A DNA stretch of 64,000 nucleotides from assembly GCA_910579305.1 (NCBI GenBank), contig CAJTTA010000004.1:23100-87099 (forward strand), written 5' to 3'. The position numbers and the translations under genes were made by a program. This stretch comes from an uncultured Muribaculaceae bacterium. GTDB lineage: Bacteria > Bacteroidota > Bacteroidia > Bacteroidales > Muribaculaceae. Numbering within the stretch: the stretch's first letter is position 1; every line of letters starts with the position of its first letter. Below are positions 10,039 through 19,266 of this stretch, in pieces. The notes beneath the pieces are model-generated. The model was not told the origin of the DNA. It did no database searches and saw only the letters and a program-made list of their open reading frames with translations.

Positions 10039-10643
10039 TTATTTCCGTTAAATGGCTCCATTGTGACGCTGGTGGATGAGGATATACCCTCTCTCACTAC
10101 CACTTTCTTAAGCGTAGTCCACACTATGCGGCAATCAGTAGTAAATGAGATATGATCGACATACCATACGTCAAGCTCAAATTTCTTCTTCCAGGAAATT
10201 GCATTGCGCCCATGACACTGTGCCCATCCGGTGATTCCGGGACGCACCTCGTGTCGGCGTGCCTGCTCCTTGGAGTAAAGCGGCAGGTAGTGCACCAACA
10301 GCGGCCTCGGACCGATGAGCGACATATCTCCTTTGAGTACATTCCAAAGCTGGGGGAGCTCATCAATGGAGGTGGAGCGGATAAACCGGCCAACTTTAGT
10401 GAGCCTGCGGGCGTCAGGCAACAGATTCCCTTGAGAATCACGCTCATCAGTCATGGTCTTGAATTTAACGACCCGAAATATCCTGCTATTCTTCCCCGGT
10501 CTCTCCTGAAAGAAGAATGCTCCTGCTCCTTTATTGGCAAAGTGCAGCCAAAGAGTCACGATAGCAAGAGGGAGAGAGAAAATCAACAAGACTCCTCCGG
10601 AAGCAAGGATATCGATAAGTCTTTTGAAGAAATTCTTATACAT
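10035..10643 (-). CDS. Initiating phosphoglycosyltransferase, PglC-like
   Basis: KRLIDI, FFQERPG, KFKTM, SIDELPQLWNVLKGDMSLIGPRP and RPGITGWAQ. Confidence 0.93.
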   Translation of the reverse strand: MYKNFFKRLIDILASGGVLLIFSLPLAIVTLWLHFANKGAGAFFFQERPGKNSRIFRVVKFKTMTDERDSQGNLLPDARRLTKVGRFIRSTSIDELPQLWNVLKGDMSLIGPRPLLVHYLPLYSKEQARRHEVRPGITGWAQCHGRNAISWKKKFELDVWYVDHISFTTDCRIVWTTLKKVVVREGISSSTSVTMEPFNGNN

Positions 10644-11775
10644 TTCTTAAAACATCATTATAGTATTCTTTAAGACAACTCCTTACGTAAGTCTGCTCAT
10701 AGCGGGAGGCCACAAGGGGACGCGCTGAACTACCCATAGAAGAGGTCTTCTTAGGATTCATCGCGAATTCACGCATGCTATTGATGAGGCTCTCGGAGTC
10801 GCGAGAAGGGATTATCACTCCATTGCGTGTGGGGATTATTATTTCGCGCGAGCCGTTGATGTCGGTCACTATCGAGGGAAGCCCCATCGCGCCGGCTTCG
10901 ATCACCACATTTGGGAAGCCCTCGCGGTAACTCGGGAAAACAAAGGCATCGGAAGCGGCAAGCCAGGGACGCACGTCTTCCTGACGCCCTACTGCTTCGA
11001 TGGCTTCGTTATGTTCGATTTCTGCTATTGTTTCCAGACGAAGAGGGTCAAGCTCACGCTCTTCGGGGCCTATCAATATGAGGCGTGTGGCGGGATGCGT
11101 CCTGTGCAGGTCAGAGAATGCCTGCACCAGTTCGTTGATTCCTTTGTCTCCCACGAGACGCCCTATGAAGACAAATGTGAAGATGCCGGGCTTGCGGATT
11201 TGTGCCGCCTCTGCCTGCACTTCGGGCAGAGAGGGGTCATAATGCCGGAGGTCTATGCCGCGCACGTTGCCGTGGCCGAGTACTTTCAGAGGCTTGCGTG
11301 TGATGCGATAGTTGATGAGGTCGGCCTTCACCCCTTCGCCTTCCGGAACGATATGCGTGGCGCAGGCGCAGGTGATTCTATCGGTTAGGATAAGGATTTT
11401 CTGAGTCAGACCATTGGCAGTGGGAAAGACCAGGCCTGTGAAGGTGTGCAGTCGCACCGGAACGCGCACAAACCATGCCGCAATCATTGAGAGCAAGCCG
11501 GCCTTAGGGGTCATGGAGTGAACCATCGCAGGCTTTTCCCTGCGGAACACCCGGATCAGGCCGAGAAGGCTCTTGAGGTCTTTGAGCGGAGAGATGCGCC
11601 TTTCCATAGGGACGGCCACTGTGCGCACGCCCTCCCTGGAGGCGATGGTATCCATGGATTCTCCGGGAGAGGATACGGCCACTACGTCATAGCCTTCCTC
11701 CTGAAGCTCGCGGAGCAATCCGCGGCAAAATGTGTCGAGCGAGCCGGGAACGGTCGCCGTGCGTATGAGCTTCAT
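10636..11775 (-). CDS. Family 4 glycosyltransferase, PglA-like
   Basis: HSMTPKAG, GRLVGDKG and PSYREGFPNVVIEA. ATG 11775 preferred. Confidence 0.9.
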   Translation of the reverse strand: MKLIRTATVPGSLDTFCRGLLRELQEEGYDVVAVSSPGESMDTIASREGVRTVAVPMERRISPLKDLKSLLGLIRVFRREKPAMVHSMTPKAGLLSMIAAWFVRVPVRLHTFTGLVFPTANGLTQKILILTDRITCACATHIVPEGEGVKADLINYRITRKPLKVLGHGNVRGIDLRHYDPSLPEVQAEAAQIRKPGIFTFVFIGRLVGDKGINELVQAFSDLHRTHPATRLILIGPEERELDPLRLETIAEIEHNEAIEAVGRQEDVRPWLAASDAFVFPSYREGFPNVVIEAGAMGLPSIVTDINGSREIIIPTRNGVIIPSRDSESLINSMREFAMNPKKTSSMGSSARPLVASRYEQTYVRSCLKEYYNDVLRNV

Positions 11776-11782
11776 TGCACAA

Positions 11783-12790
11783 TTATAATTTATGCCAGCA
11801 TGCACGCCAACGTATGTATTTCTTTATAGCCCATGCCGTAATTTCTATACCAAAGAATCTAACCAGAATCTTTATCTTTTGAGTTTTATAATTTACTTTG
11901 TAATTAAAAAGATGTTTATATCCTTTTATTGCTTGCATACCCTGTTTCGCCAGTTTTTGGGGCAATGTAGTATACAAATTGATCGCCATACATAATTGAT
12001 ATGCCAAATAACCTAAGTATACCTGCATTTCCCTTGAATTCATATTCATCTCCATAATCTTATTCTCCCACTTGTCTATAATAAATATCACTGATCTGAA
12101 TGACTCAACCGGTGGAGTAGTCGATCTTGATCCTGGTCGTAATTGCCTATAACAATAATATGGATGAGGATTAAGACATATTGTTTGAACCATAACATAC
12201 AACTGCAACGACCATTCGATATCTTCTGAAAAAAGACCGTTTGTAAATGAAATTTGTTTGACAATATCTCGTCTTACAAATTTTTGACAGGCTGACATTT
12301 TTAGATCAGCATGCTCAAAATACAAATACTCCAAGATTTCAATTTTCCCTCTGCAATTAAGCGTTTCGGCACATATCTTCGAAGGAGGAATAAATGTGTC
12401 TCTATGATCATAGTATTTTATAATATCACTTACTATGACATCAGGAGAAGAATGTTTCTTTATTAAATACATTGTCTCTTCCAACACTTTATTGTGCCGC
12501 CAAAAGTCATCGCTATCCATGAAAGTAATATACTCTCCGCGGGCATGAGAAACACCTATATTACGAGCTTTACTTGGCCCGCTATTAGAAATATGGAAAA
12601 CATTAATCGAATCATATGTCCGAGCATATTTATCACATATTTGAGGGCTGGCATCCTCCGATCCATCATCTACTAAAATAATCTCATAATTGACAAATGT
12701 CTGAGCTAAAATACTATCAACACATTGTCGTAGATAATTTTCAACGTTATAGACCGGAATGATTATTGAGAAATATGGCTGTTTCATCAT
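11783..12790 (-). CDS. Family 2 glycosyltransferase
   Basis: SIIIPVYN, LVDDGS, FMDSDD and SED. Confidence 0.9.
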   Translation of the reverse strand: MMKQPYFSIIIPVYNVENYLRQCVDSILAQTFVNYEIILVDDGSEDASPQICDKYARTYDSINVFHISNSGPSKARNIGVSHARGEYITFMDSDDFWRHNKVLEETMYLIKKHSSPDVIVSDIIKYYDHRDTFIPPSKICAETLNCRGKIEILEYLYFEHADLKMSACQKFVRRDIVKQISFTNGLFSEDIEWSLQLYVMVQTICLNPHPYYCYRQLRPGSRSTTPPVESFRSVIFIIDKWENKIMEMNMNSREMQVYLGYLAYQLCMAINLYTTLPQKLAKQGMQAIKGYKHLFNYKVNYKTQKIKILVRFFGIEITAWAIKKYIRWRACWHKL

Positions 12791-12832
12791 ATAAACTTTA
12801 TTATAATCAACGATAATACATTTCTTACAAGC

Positions 12833-13723
12833 CTAGCGTATTCGAGTTTTATACATTATATAAATAAAGAAACATATTCCTAAAGGCATTGAGAAAATCC
12901 ATCTCCACTTTTGTGGTGCGCTTTTTAATATATCGACACGACGTGCAATCAATGCACTGGAAACAAGGTGTGCAGCATCAATAAATTTACGTCTTGATGA
13001 AATTCCGGGATGCAACAAACGAACTCGCCGCAATTCCGCAAAACTTCGAGGTGAATTTCTAAATTGGCGTAAGATGTTGGCACTCATTCCCGTGCTTTGA
13101 TAGTCTACAAAACACAGATTTTCATTAGTCAATATATATTTTAATTTCGGATCAATTCTTAAAAAGAGGTAGATTGGGTTGAAATTTTTTTCATGGTCAA
13201 AAGTAGGCATAGGCACCAATCTCCTCAACAGCTCTGTCCTATGCACCATTTTAACATCACCTTTATGGTGTAATTTTGGCGTTAAATCAAGAAAATGTAT
13301 GAGGGCCGAAACATCTGAGAAATATCCTCCTATCGGTTTCTGCGTCCCGGCATAAAAATCCAATCCTATGATACCCGCATATTGATTGCCTCCCTTGGTG
13401 CACCATATTGATTTGATAGTTGAAATAGCATCAGCAGGTAAATAATCATCAGAATCGCAACACATGCAAAGTTCTGTAGATATACTTGCAATAGCGACAT
13501 TATATCCTGAATGCAGTCCTCCATTCTCCTTACGTATCAATCGCATTGATATACGCCCTTCATCAATCCATTTTCCAACTAACTCAGCAGTATCATCAGT
13601 AGAGCCATCATCTACGACCAGCCACTCAAAATCCGTACAAGTTTGCCTCAATAAGCTTTCATAAGTCCGTCTGAGAGTATTTGACCTATTATAAGTAGAA
13701 GTATAAACAGTGATAAGCGACAT
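12833..13723 (-). CDS. Family 2 glycosyltransferase
   Basis: TSTYNR, VVDDGSTD and CDSDD. Confidence 0.9.
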   Translation of the reverse strand: MSLITVYTSTYNRSNTLRRTYESLLRQTCTDFEWLVVDDGSTDDTAELVGKWIDEGRISMRLIRKENGGLHSGYNVAIASISTELCMCCDSDDYLPADAISTIKSIWCTKGGNQYAGIIGLDFYAGTQKPIGGYFSDVSALIHFLDLTPKLHHKGDVKMVHRTELLRRLVPMPTFDHEKNFNPIYLFLRIDPKLKYILTNENLCFVDYQSTGMSANILRQFRNSPRSFAELRRVRLLHPGISSRRKFIDAAHLVSSALIARRVDILKSAPQKWRWIFSMPLGICFFIYIMYKTRIR

Positions 13724-13741
13724 AGCCTTACATTTACAATA

Positions 13742-14830
13742 TTAAAATATCAAATTAAAAATCACGCATCCTAATAAAACGAAACCAGCAACTATTCCCT
13801 GTCGCTTGAATAATTTGAACTTAGAAAGAGGCATACATAACATCATTGGATACATTGACCATGAAATGTAAGCAAATCTATTGGAATAGGGAATGGCATT
13901 CACTAACATCCATGCAGCATTAGTATACAAATACACATTAAGCAGCATAATATATTGTCTCTCACGTATTTTACACTTGAAAACAGCATAATAAGCCAAG
14001 ATAACAGGGACTGCACTATATAGAATAAAATCCCAACGCCATCCCACACGACTAAACAAATGCATCACACTATCATCATTTCCATATGCACTCATTCTCT
14101 CATCCCCAATCATGTGACTGGCTATTGATATGGCAACATCAGATGAAAACGGAGACAATATCAGACATATTGTCCACAAATAAAATGCTACTTTGTAATT
14201 ATGATAACATAAAGCTGCAACAACAGCAATAGCCACAAGCCACAAGCTGTTATGACATGAACATCCCAATACTGCAAGAACTGCACCTGATACAAACACA
14301 TGTCGATTTTTATGATAGCCTGTAGAGAGGCAGGCCAACCCGGCAAGTACAAGCGAGGCACCCATACCTTGACGGATACCATTATTAGAATAACTCCAAA
14401 AAGAAAATGCCGTAAACATAAACATTACGGCCATCGTAAAATGCTTAGGGAGCCATTTCCATGCAGCAAAGCACATTCCTCCTATATAAAATAAGGCGAC
14501 TACAAAGAACCATCCATGAGCATCTGTAAATTGCAGACATATTGTCTCGACCATCGTAAAAAACCATTCTGATGGATTCTGAGCAAGACTTGACCATGCC
14601 CCGGTTTGTACGAGCTGATAGATACGTGAATACAGAGCAGAGTCTGTATAACACCAAAGAGGTCGGGTCCCAACGTAAAAAATCAGAAATATCATTAAAC
14701 AAAATCCATAAATCTGATTTTTATCACCCCGTATCAGGACTTGGGTGGACTTTGTCATCAAGCATAATGAATACATTATACCTAAAATCGTAATCAAAAC
14801 CACCCAATTTCCTGTACTAAACTCCATCAT
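13742..14830 (-). CDS. EpsG-family polysaccharide polymerase (Wzy-like)
   Basis: Polytopic membrane protein with GTR...D..Y, NGIRQG, H.S and NRFAY motifs; located within the locus. Confidence 0.75.
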   Translation of the reverse strand: MMEFSTGNWVVLITILGIMYSLCLMTKSTQVLIRGDKNQIYGFCLMIFLIFYVGTRPLWCYTDSALYSRIYQLVQTGAWSSLAQNPSEWFFTMVETICLQFTDAHGWFFVVALFYIGGMCFAAWKWLPKHFTMAVMFMFTAFSFWSYSNNGIRQGMGASLVLAGLACLSTGYHKNRHVFVSGAVLAVLGCSCHNSLWLVAIAVVAALCYHNYKVAFYLWTICLILSPFSSDVAISIASHMIGDERMSAYGNDDSVMHLFSRVGWRWDFILYSAVPVILAYYAVFKCKIRERQYIMLLNVYLYTNAAWMLVNAIPYSNRFAYISWSMYPMMLCMPLSKFKLFKRQGIVAGFVLLGCVIFNLIF

Positions 14831-14863
14831 AAGGAAATGATTTTTAAGCTAAAGACGGCAACA

Positions 14864-16018
14864 TTATTTCATCAACTCCTTTATTATACGCTTTGCAGCC
14901 ATTCCATCACCATATGGATTTGATGCGCTAGACATATTCTTATAATGCTCATCATCTTCAAGAAGTCTAGACACCTCCGTCACAATTCGCATTTGGTCAG
15001 TACCAACCAATTTCACCGTGCCCGCTTTAACTGCCTCGGGACGCTCGGTAGTATTTCTCATGACTAATACCGGCTTACCTAATCCTGGAGCCTCTTCCTG
15101 AATACCGCCACTGTCTGTCAGGACAATATCTGCCTGACTCATCAGAGATACAAATGACAAATACTCTAAAGGCTCAATGAAAAATATATTGTCATAGCCA
15201 CTTAAATCATCACCAAACACATCATGAATGGGCTTACGGACATTGGGATTAAGATGCATTGGATACACAAAATCCACATCCGGATATTTTTCAGTCAATT
15301 GCTTTATAGCATGACATATTGAAGTAAATCCTGCCCCAAAATTTTCACGACGATGTCCCGTGATAAGCACGAGTTTTTTCCCTGAATCCGTTCTGGAAAT
15401 ATCATAACCCGCTGCAAGCAACGACTCTGAGATGATTTGCTGTAGTGCAGGAGTATTTTTAATCTTATCAACCACTAAATACAACGCATCTATAACAGTA
15501 TTACCTGTAACAAAAATACTATTCTGCGACACCCCTTCTGCCATCAGATTCTCTCGGCTAAAGGCTGTCGGAGTAAAATGATATTGTGCTATTCTTCCTG
15601 TTATTTGACGATTCAATTCCTCCGGCCATGGAGAATAAATGTCGTGTGTACGCAATCCGGCTTCAACATGGCCTACAGGTATATGTTGATAAAATGCTGC
15701 CAATGCAGCTACCATTGATGTTGTTGTGTCGCCATGAACCAGAACAACATCTGGCCTCTCTGCAGATAGGACTTCTTTCATCCCAAGTAGCACACGCGAG
15801 GTCACATCATACAAATCCTGACCCTGCTTCATTATATTCAAATCATAATCCGGAACTATCTCGAATAAATCCAAGACCTGATCAAGCATCTGTCTGTGTT
15901 GTCCGGTAACGCACACTACCGTTTTAAACTTATCAGGGAAAGCATGCAGGCCCTTGACAAGCGGCGCCATTTTTATAGCTTCGGGTCGTGTGCCGAATAT
16001 AAGCATTATTTTTTTCAT
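14864..16018 (-). CDS. wecB: UDP-GlcNAc 2-epimerase (non-hydrolysing)
   Basis: FGTRPEAIKMAP, HGDTTT, HVEAGLR, TDSGGIQEEA and NPYGDG. Confidence 0.95.
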   Translation of the reverse strand: MKKIMLIFGTRPEAIKMAPLVKGLHAFPDKFKTVVCVTGQHRQMLDQVLDLFEIVPDYDLNIMKQGQDLYDVTSRVLLGMKEVLSAERPDVVLVHGDTTTSMVAALAAFYQHIPVGHVEAGLRTHDIYSPWPEELNRQITGRIAQYHFTPTAFSRENLMAEGVSQNSIFVTGNTVIDALYLVVDKIKNTPALQQIISESLLAAGYDISRTDSGKKLVLITGHRRENFGAGFTSICHAIKQLTEKYPDVDFVYPMHLNPNVRKPIHDVFGDDLSGYDNIFFIEPLEYLSFVSLMSQADIVLTDSGGIQEEAPGLGKPVLVMRNTTERPEAVKAGTVKLVGTDQMRIVTEVSRLLEDDEHYKNMSSASNPYGDGMAAKRIIKELMK

Positions 16019-16758
16019 TGTCTAAACATTCTTCCAGTTACAAGATCTGAAAATATGGTACCGAGCTTTTCGCCCATACATTTTATCAGTAAAAATTTCA
16101 TTTTATGCCTTAGACGCCGTGACATTGTTTGTGGCAGCCAAGAGCCTGCAAAATGATGAATGCAGATCGTCTTCTGCGTACATTTTACAATACCGGTTCT
16201 GTGATCTTTCGGACAAAAATATTCCGACGGATACATTGTACACAAATTCGGGAAATCTTGATATGTGTTGTTCAATACCAAACCTTTGCTCAACATATAA
16301 TTTGTTATGACTGTGGTATTGGTAGTCAAATCTTTTGTCCCATCTTTTAAAATAAAATGCCTGTGTAAATAACCGTCAAGCAACTCCTTTGCCCACAATG
16401 ATCCCTTCTCTGCCGCCATCATTCCTGTTGGGACATTGCCGTCTGTCTCAAAACCGGAAAAGGCATGATGGTGTAAGAAATCATCATACGAAGACAACAC
16501 CTCTACATCGGTGTCCATATAAATTCCACCCTCAGTATATAAAGCATACAACCGCACATAGTCTGTCACAAAAGCGAACAGTCTGCTGTCATAAGCCTCC
16601 TTGACGTAAGTATTACGATCGATATCAAAATTATCTTCGTTCCACTCTTTAAATTCATAATCCGGCAAATATTTATGCCATGAATCAATATACTTTTTTA
16701 TAGTAGCCGATTTTTCGCCTCGGCCAAACCAACAATAATGAATCTTTTTAGGTATCAT
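16015..16758 (-). CDS. GT32 (DXD) glycosyltransferase
   Basis: MIPKKIHYCWFG and DYVRLYALYTEGGIYMDTD. Confidence 0.9.
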   Translation of the reverse strand: MIPKKIHYCWFGRGEKSATIKKYIDSWHKYLPDYEFKEWNEDNFDIDRNTYVKEAYDSRLFAFVTDYVRLYALYTEGGIYMDTDVEVLSSYDDFLHHHAFSGFETDGNVPTGMMAAEKGSLWAKELLDGYLHRHFILKDGTKDLTTNTTVITNYMLSKGLVLNNTYQDFPNLCTMYPSEYFCPKDHRTGIVKCTQKTICIHHFAGSWLPQTMSRRLRHKMKFLLIKCMGEKLGTIFSDLVTGRMFRQ

Positions 16759-17957
16759 GATAAAAGTTGATATATCTTTTCTACTTCAGTTCTATTGCCA
16801 TAATCATGCTTTGATATATGACTGATGATGTGCGTCTGAAGCATTTCATCACAAATAAAGCGAGTCAACTCCCTGGCACAGCCCTCATTGTCAAGCGGCA
16901 CTATCACACCGTCATTATGGTCACATATCTGAGAAGATGCCGTTGGATAAGCAGTCACCGCCACCGGCTTACAAAGTATCTGCGCCTCCCGCACAGTGAC
17001 TGATTTTCCTTCATAGCGCGAGGGCTGCACATATATGTCACATGCTTTGATATATGGATAGGGATTATCTTTCTTCCCAAGAATGATCACATGCTTTTCC
17101 ATCCCGGACTCAACAATCTTTTGACGGATGAGAGCCTCATTGCCAAAGCCTATGATATACCAACGCAAGTTATTCAAGCCGGCCTCTACCATGCGTTTTG
17201 CTATATCAGGCACATTATCGTAATTTTTAGCATTACAAAATCTACCGACAGACAGAAGATTTATATGATTCTTATCAAAAACGTCAACAGCATAGTCGGC
17301 ACGCATGCGGATCAATTCCGTTGGTATAATATTTTCAATCTCAATGATCTTATCACCAAGTTCGGGAAATCTTTTGCAAAACGACTGAGTGACATCCGAT
17401 GATATGGAAGCTATATGGTCATATCCGGCCCACATCGGCAATTCCTGCGTTTTATTAATATGGATGGCTCCATAATCTGTATGAATCCACGCAAGATACC
17501 TGTTTGCTCTCACTTTATTCAGAGCATAATTGTGAGGGGCCATAAACGAAATGCACAGATCATATTCAACATCAGGATTGATATCAGGAAGATAGCGTTC
17601 TACACATTCAGCCACATATTGGAACTCAGATGCATCCAATGAACGCTGAGACTCATTAAGATTATCCGCATACCGTCTGTGACGCATCTTAGCCTTCATC
17701 CGTGCCCATGCCACAGATAAATAGCCTTGGCGCACTACCTCCTTTATCGGAGCCTCAATCATGGAATATGCCTTGATTTCTGGCAGAAGATTGACCCGGG
17801 CGGGAATTTGGGTCATAAGCGGACCTCGGTGCGCATGGATGAACAGATCGACATCAACTCTGTCGTAATCAAAAGCAGTCAATAAGCCTATCAATGCTGA
17901 CTCGGCACCGCCCAGCTCCATGTAATGCATCAATATTATGATTCGCGGCTTTTTCAT
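16755..17957 (-). CDS. Family 4 glycosyltransferase
   Basis: GGAE, WIHTD, SVGR...K and PSRYEG...EA. Confidence 0.88.
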   Translation of the reverse strand: MKKPRIIILMHYMELGGAESALIGLLTAFDYDRVDVDLFIHAHRGPLMTQIPARVNLLPEIKAYSMIEAPIKEVVRQGYLSVAWARMKAKMRHRRYADNLNESQRSLDASEFQYVAECVERYLPDINPDVEYDLCISFMAPHNYALNKVRANRYLAWIHTDYGAIHINKTQELPMWAGYDHIASISSDVTQSFCKRFPELGDKIIEIENIIPTELIRMRADYAVDVFDKNHINLLSVGRFCNAKNYDNVPDIAKRMVEAGLNNLRWYIIGFGNEALIRQKIVESGMEKHVIILGKKDNPYPYIKACDIYVQPSRYEGKSVTVREAQILCKPVAVTAYPTASSQICDHNDGVIVPLDNEGCARELTRFICDEMLQTHIISHISKHDYGNRTEVEKIYQLLS

Positions 17958-17963
17958 GATTCC

Positions 17964-19229
17964 TTAAGACTTGAGTTTTTTTATCAACAGAGGAAAGAAA
18001 TTGGTGATCCGATATTTAAGTACTGCCTTTTTACGCTGCTTTACAAAGTCTGTTGAACAAAACCAGTCTACCAATTCTTTATCGGCTATCAGCTCATAAT
18101 TCTGTCGTATGCGCCGTCTGATTTCCGGCCAAAACAGAGCCGCCTCCCTGTCAATTCCAAATTCTATGTAATGATGTTTGATATAATTTTCAAAAAATGC
18201 CTTTTTATTACCCGGTATATCAAACCCAAATTTCTCGATTTCTCCTACTTCCGCTATTATTCCCATTATTGAACGGAAGCATTTTGAACAGACACAACAA
18301 TTATGGTCATTAAACGAACATACTCTTATGGGATATGGCTTTCCTGTCGCCTGCTGGTGCTTGACAAGTAGTCGAACCTTGTCCTGTCTTGTCAATTCAA
18401 AGCCGTCATGCGTTACATATCCATTCCTGGCAAATCGGAATTCAGTATCTGTTGTCGGATACGATGCACAAATGCCTTTTGCTCCGATAGAATGTGAACT
18501 TGCAATTAAAAGCTCACATATACCGTGGATATAAGCTATAGGAATGGCTATAGAGATGAATGCCATAGAGTGCTGAAACCCATGCCACCAGCTGTCATGA
18601 AGACGACTTGAAATATGCTTCGCAAAATATCGGGCATCAACAATAAGTGCGAAATTTGATTTAATCAGAGAGCATTCATTGGAATGAATTTCTGCAAAAT
18701 ATTTTATATCTCGGAAATCCGCCTTCTGCGCCTCTGATTCTGCATCCGGTGTATGCAGCCATCCCTGCACATTACACAGCAATAAATGCTTGTTGATATT
18801 CCTTATATAGGAAGTGTGAGCGTCTATACCTCCACTAAATAGTAGCAATGATTGGGAATATTCTTCATTTTCTACTACATTGGGCTTCCTATAAGCTGCG
18901 ACAAACCGTCCTCCCAAAGGATAATGCGGATACAACTCCTGGTAAGCGCGCTTCAATTCTTTTATCGAATGATAAAACGTATCGTCAATTTCTTTGACCC
19001 AAAGTATACTGTCTGTCAGCCAAGTGAGCGCTATAATCGAACCCACAAATGGTATTACCAAAATACTTTCCGGCAAGTGAGACACATCTCTGTCATATCT
19101 CACATACATCTCATCAGTCGTAAAATACGGACGCAACCCTGCTGACACACTGAATTTATATCTAACAGTGTTTCTATCCAGGATAATATCTTGCAGAATT
19201 AAATTTTCTTTGATCTTATGTCTGCCCAT
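17964..19229 (-). CDS. Uncharacterised PP-loop ATP pyrophosphatase (QueC-like) with Cys cluster
   Basis: LLLFSGGIDA PP-loop variant; IRVCSFNDHNCCVCSKC (C-x6-C-x2-C-x2-C). Confidence 0.6.
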   Translation of the reverse strand: MGRHKIKENLILQDIILDRNTVRYKFSVSAGLRPYFTTDEMYVRYDRDVSHLPESILVIPFVGSIIALTWLTDSILWVKEIDDTFYHSIKELKRAYQELYPHYPLGGRFVAAYRKPNVVENEEYSQSLLLFSGGIDAHTSYIRNINKHLLLCNVQGWLHTPDAESEAQKADFRDIKYFAEIHSNECSLIKSNFALIVDARYFAKHISSRLHDSWWHGFQHSMAFISIAIPIAYIHGICELLIASSHSIGAKGICASYPTTDTEFRFARNGYVTHDGFELTRQDKVRLLVKHQQATGKPYPIRVCSFNDHNCCVCSKCFRSIMGIIAEVGEIEKFGFDIPGNKKAFFENYIKHHYIEFGIDREAALFWPEIRRRIRQNYELIADKELVDWFCSTDFVKQRKKAVLKYRITNFFPLLIKKLKS

Positions 19230-19266
19230 ATATTATAATGTTCTTATTTCCCCATTATGTCAGATG

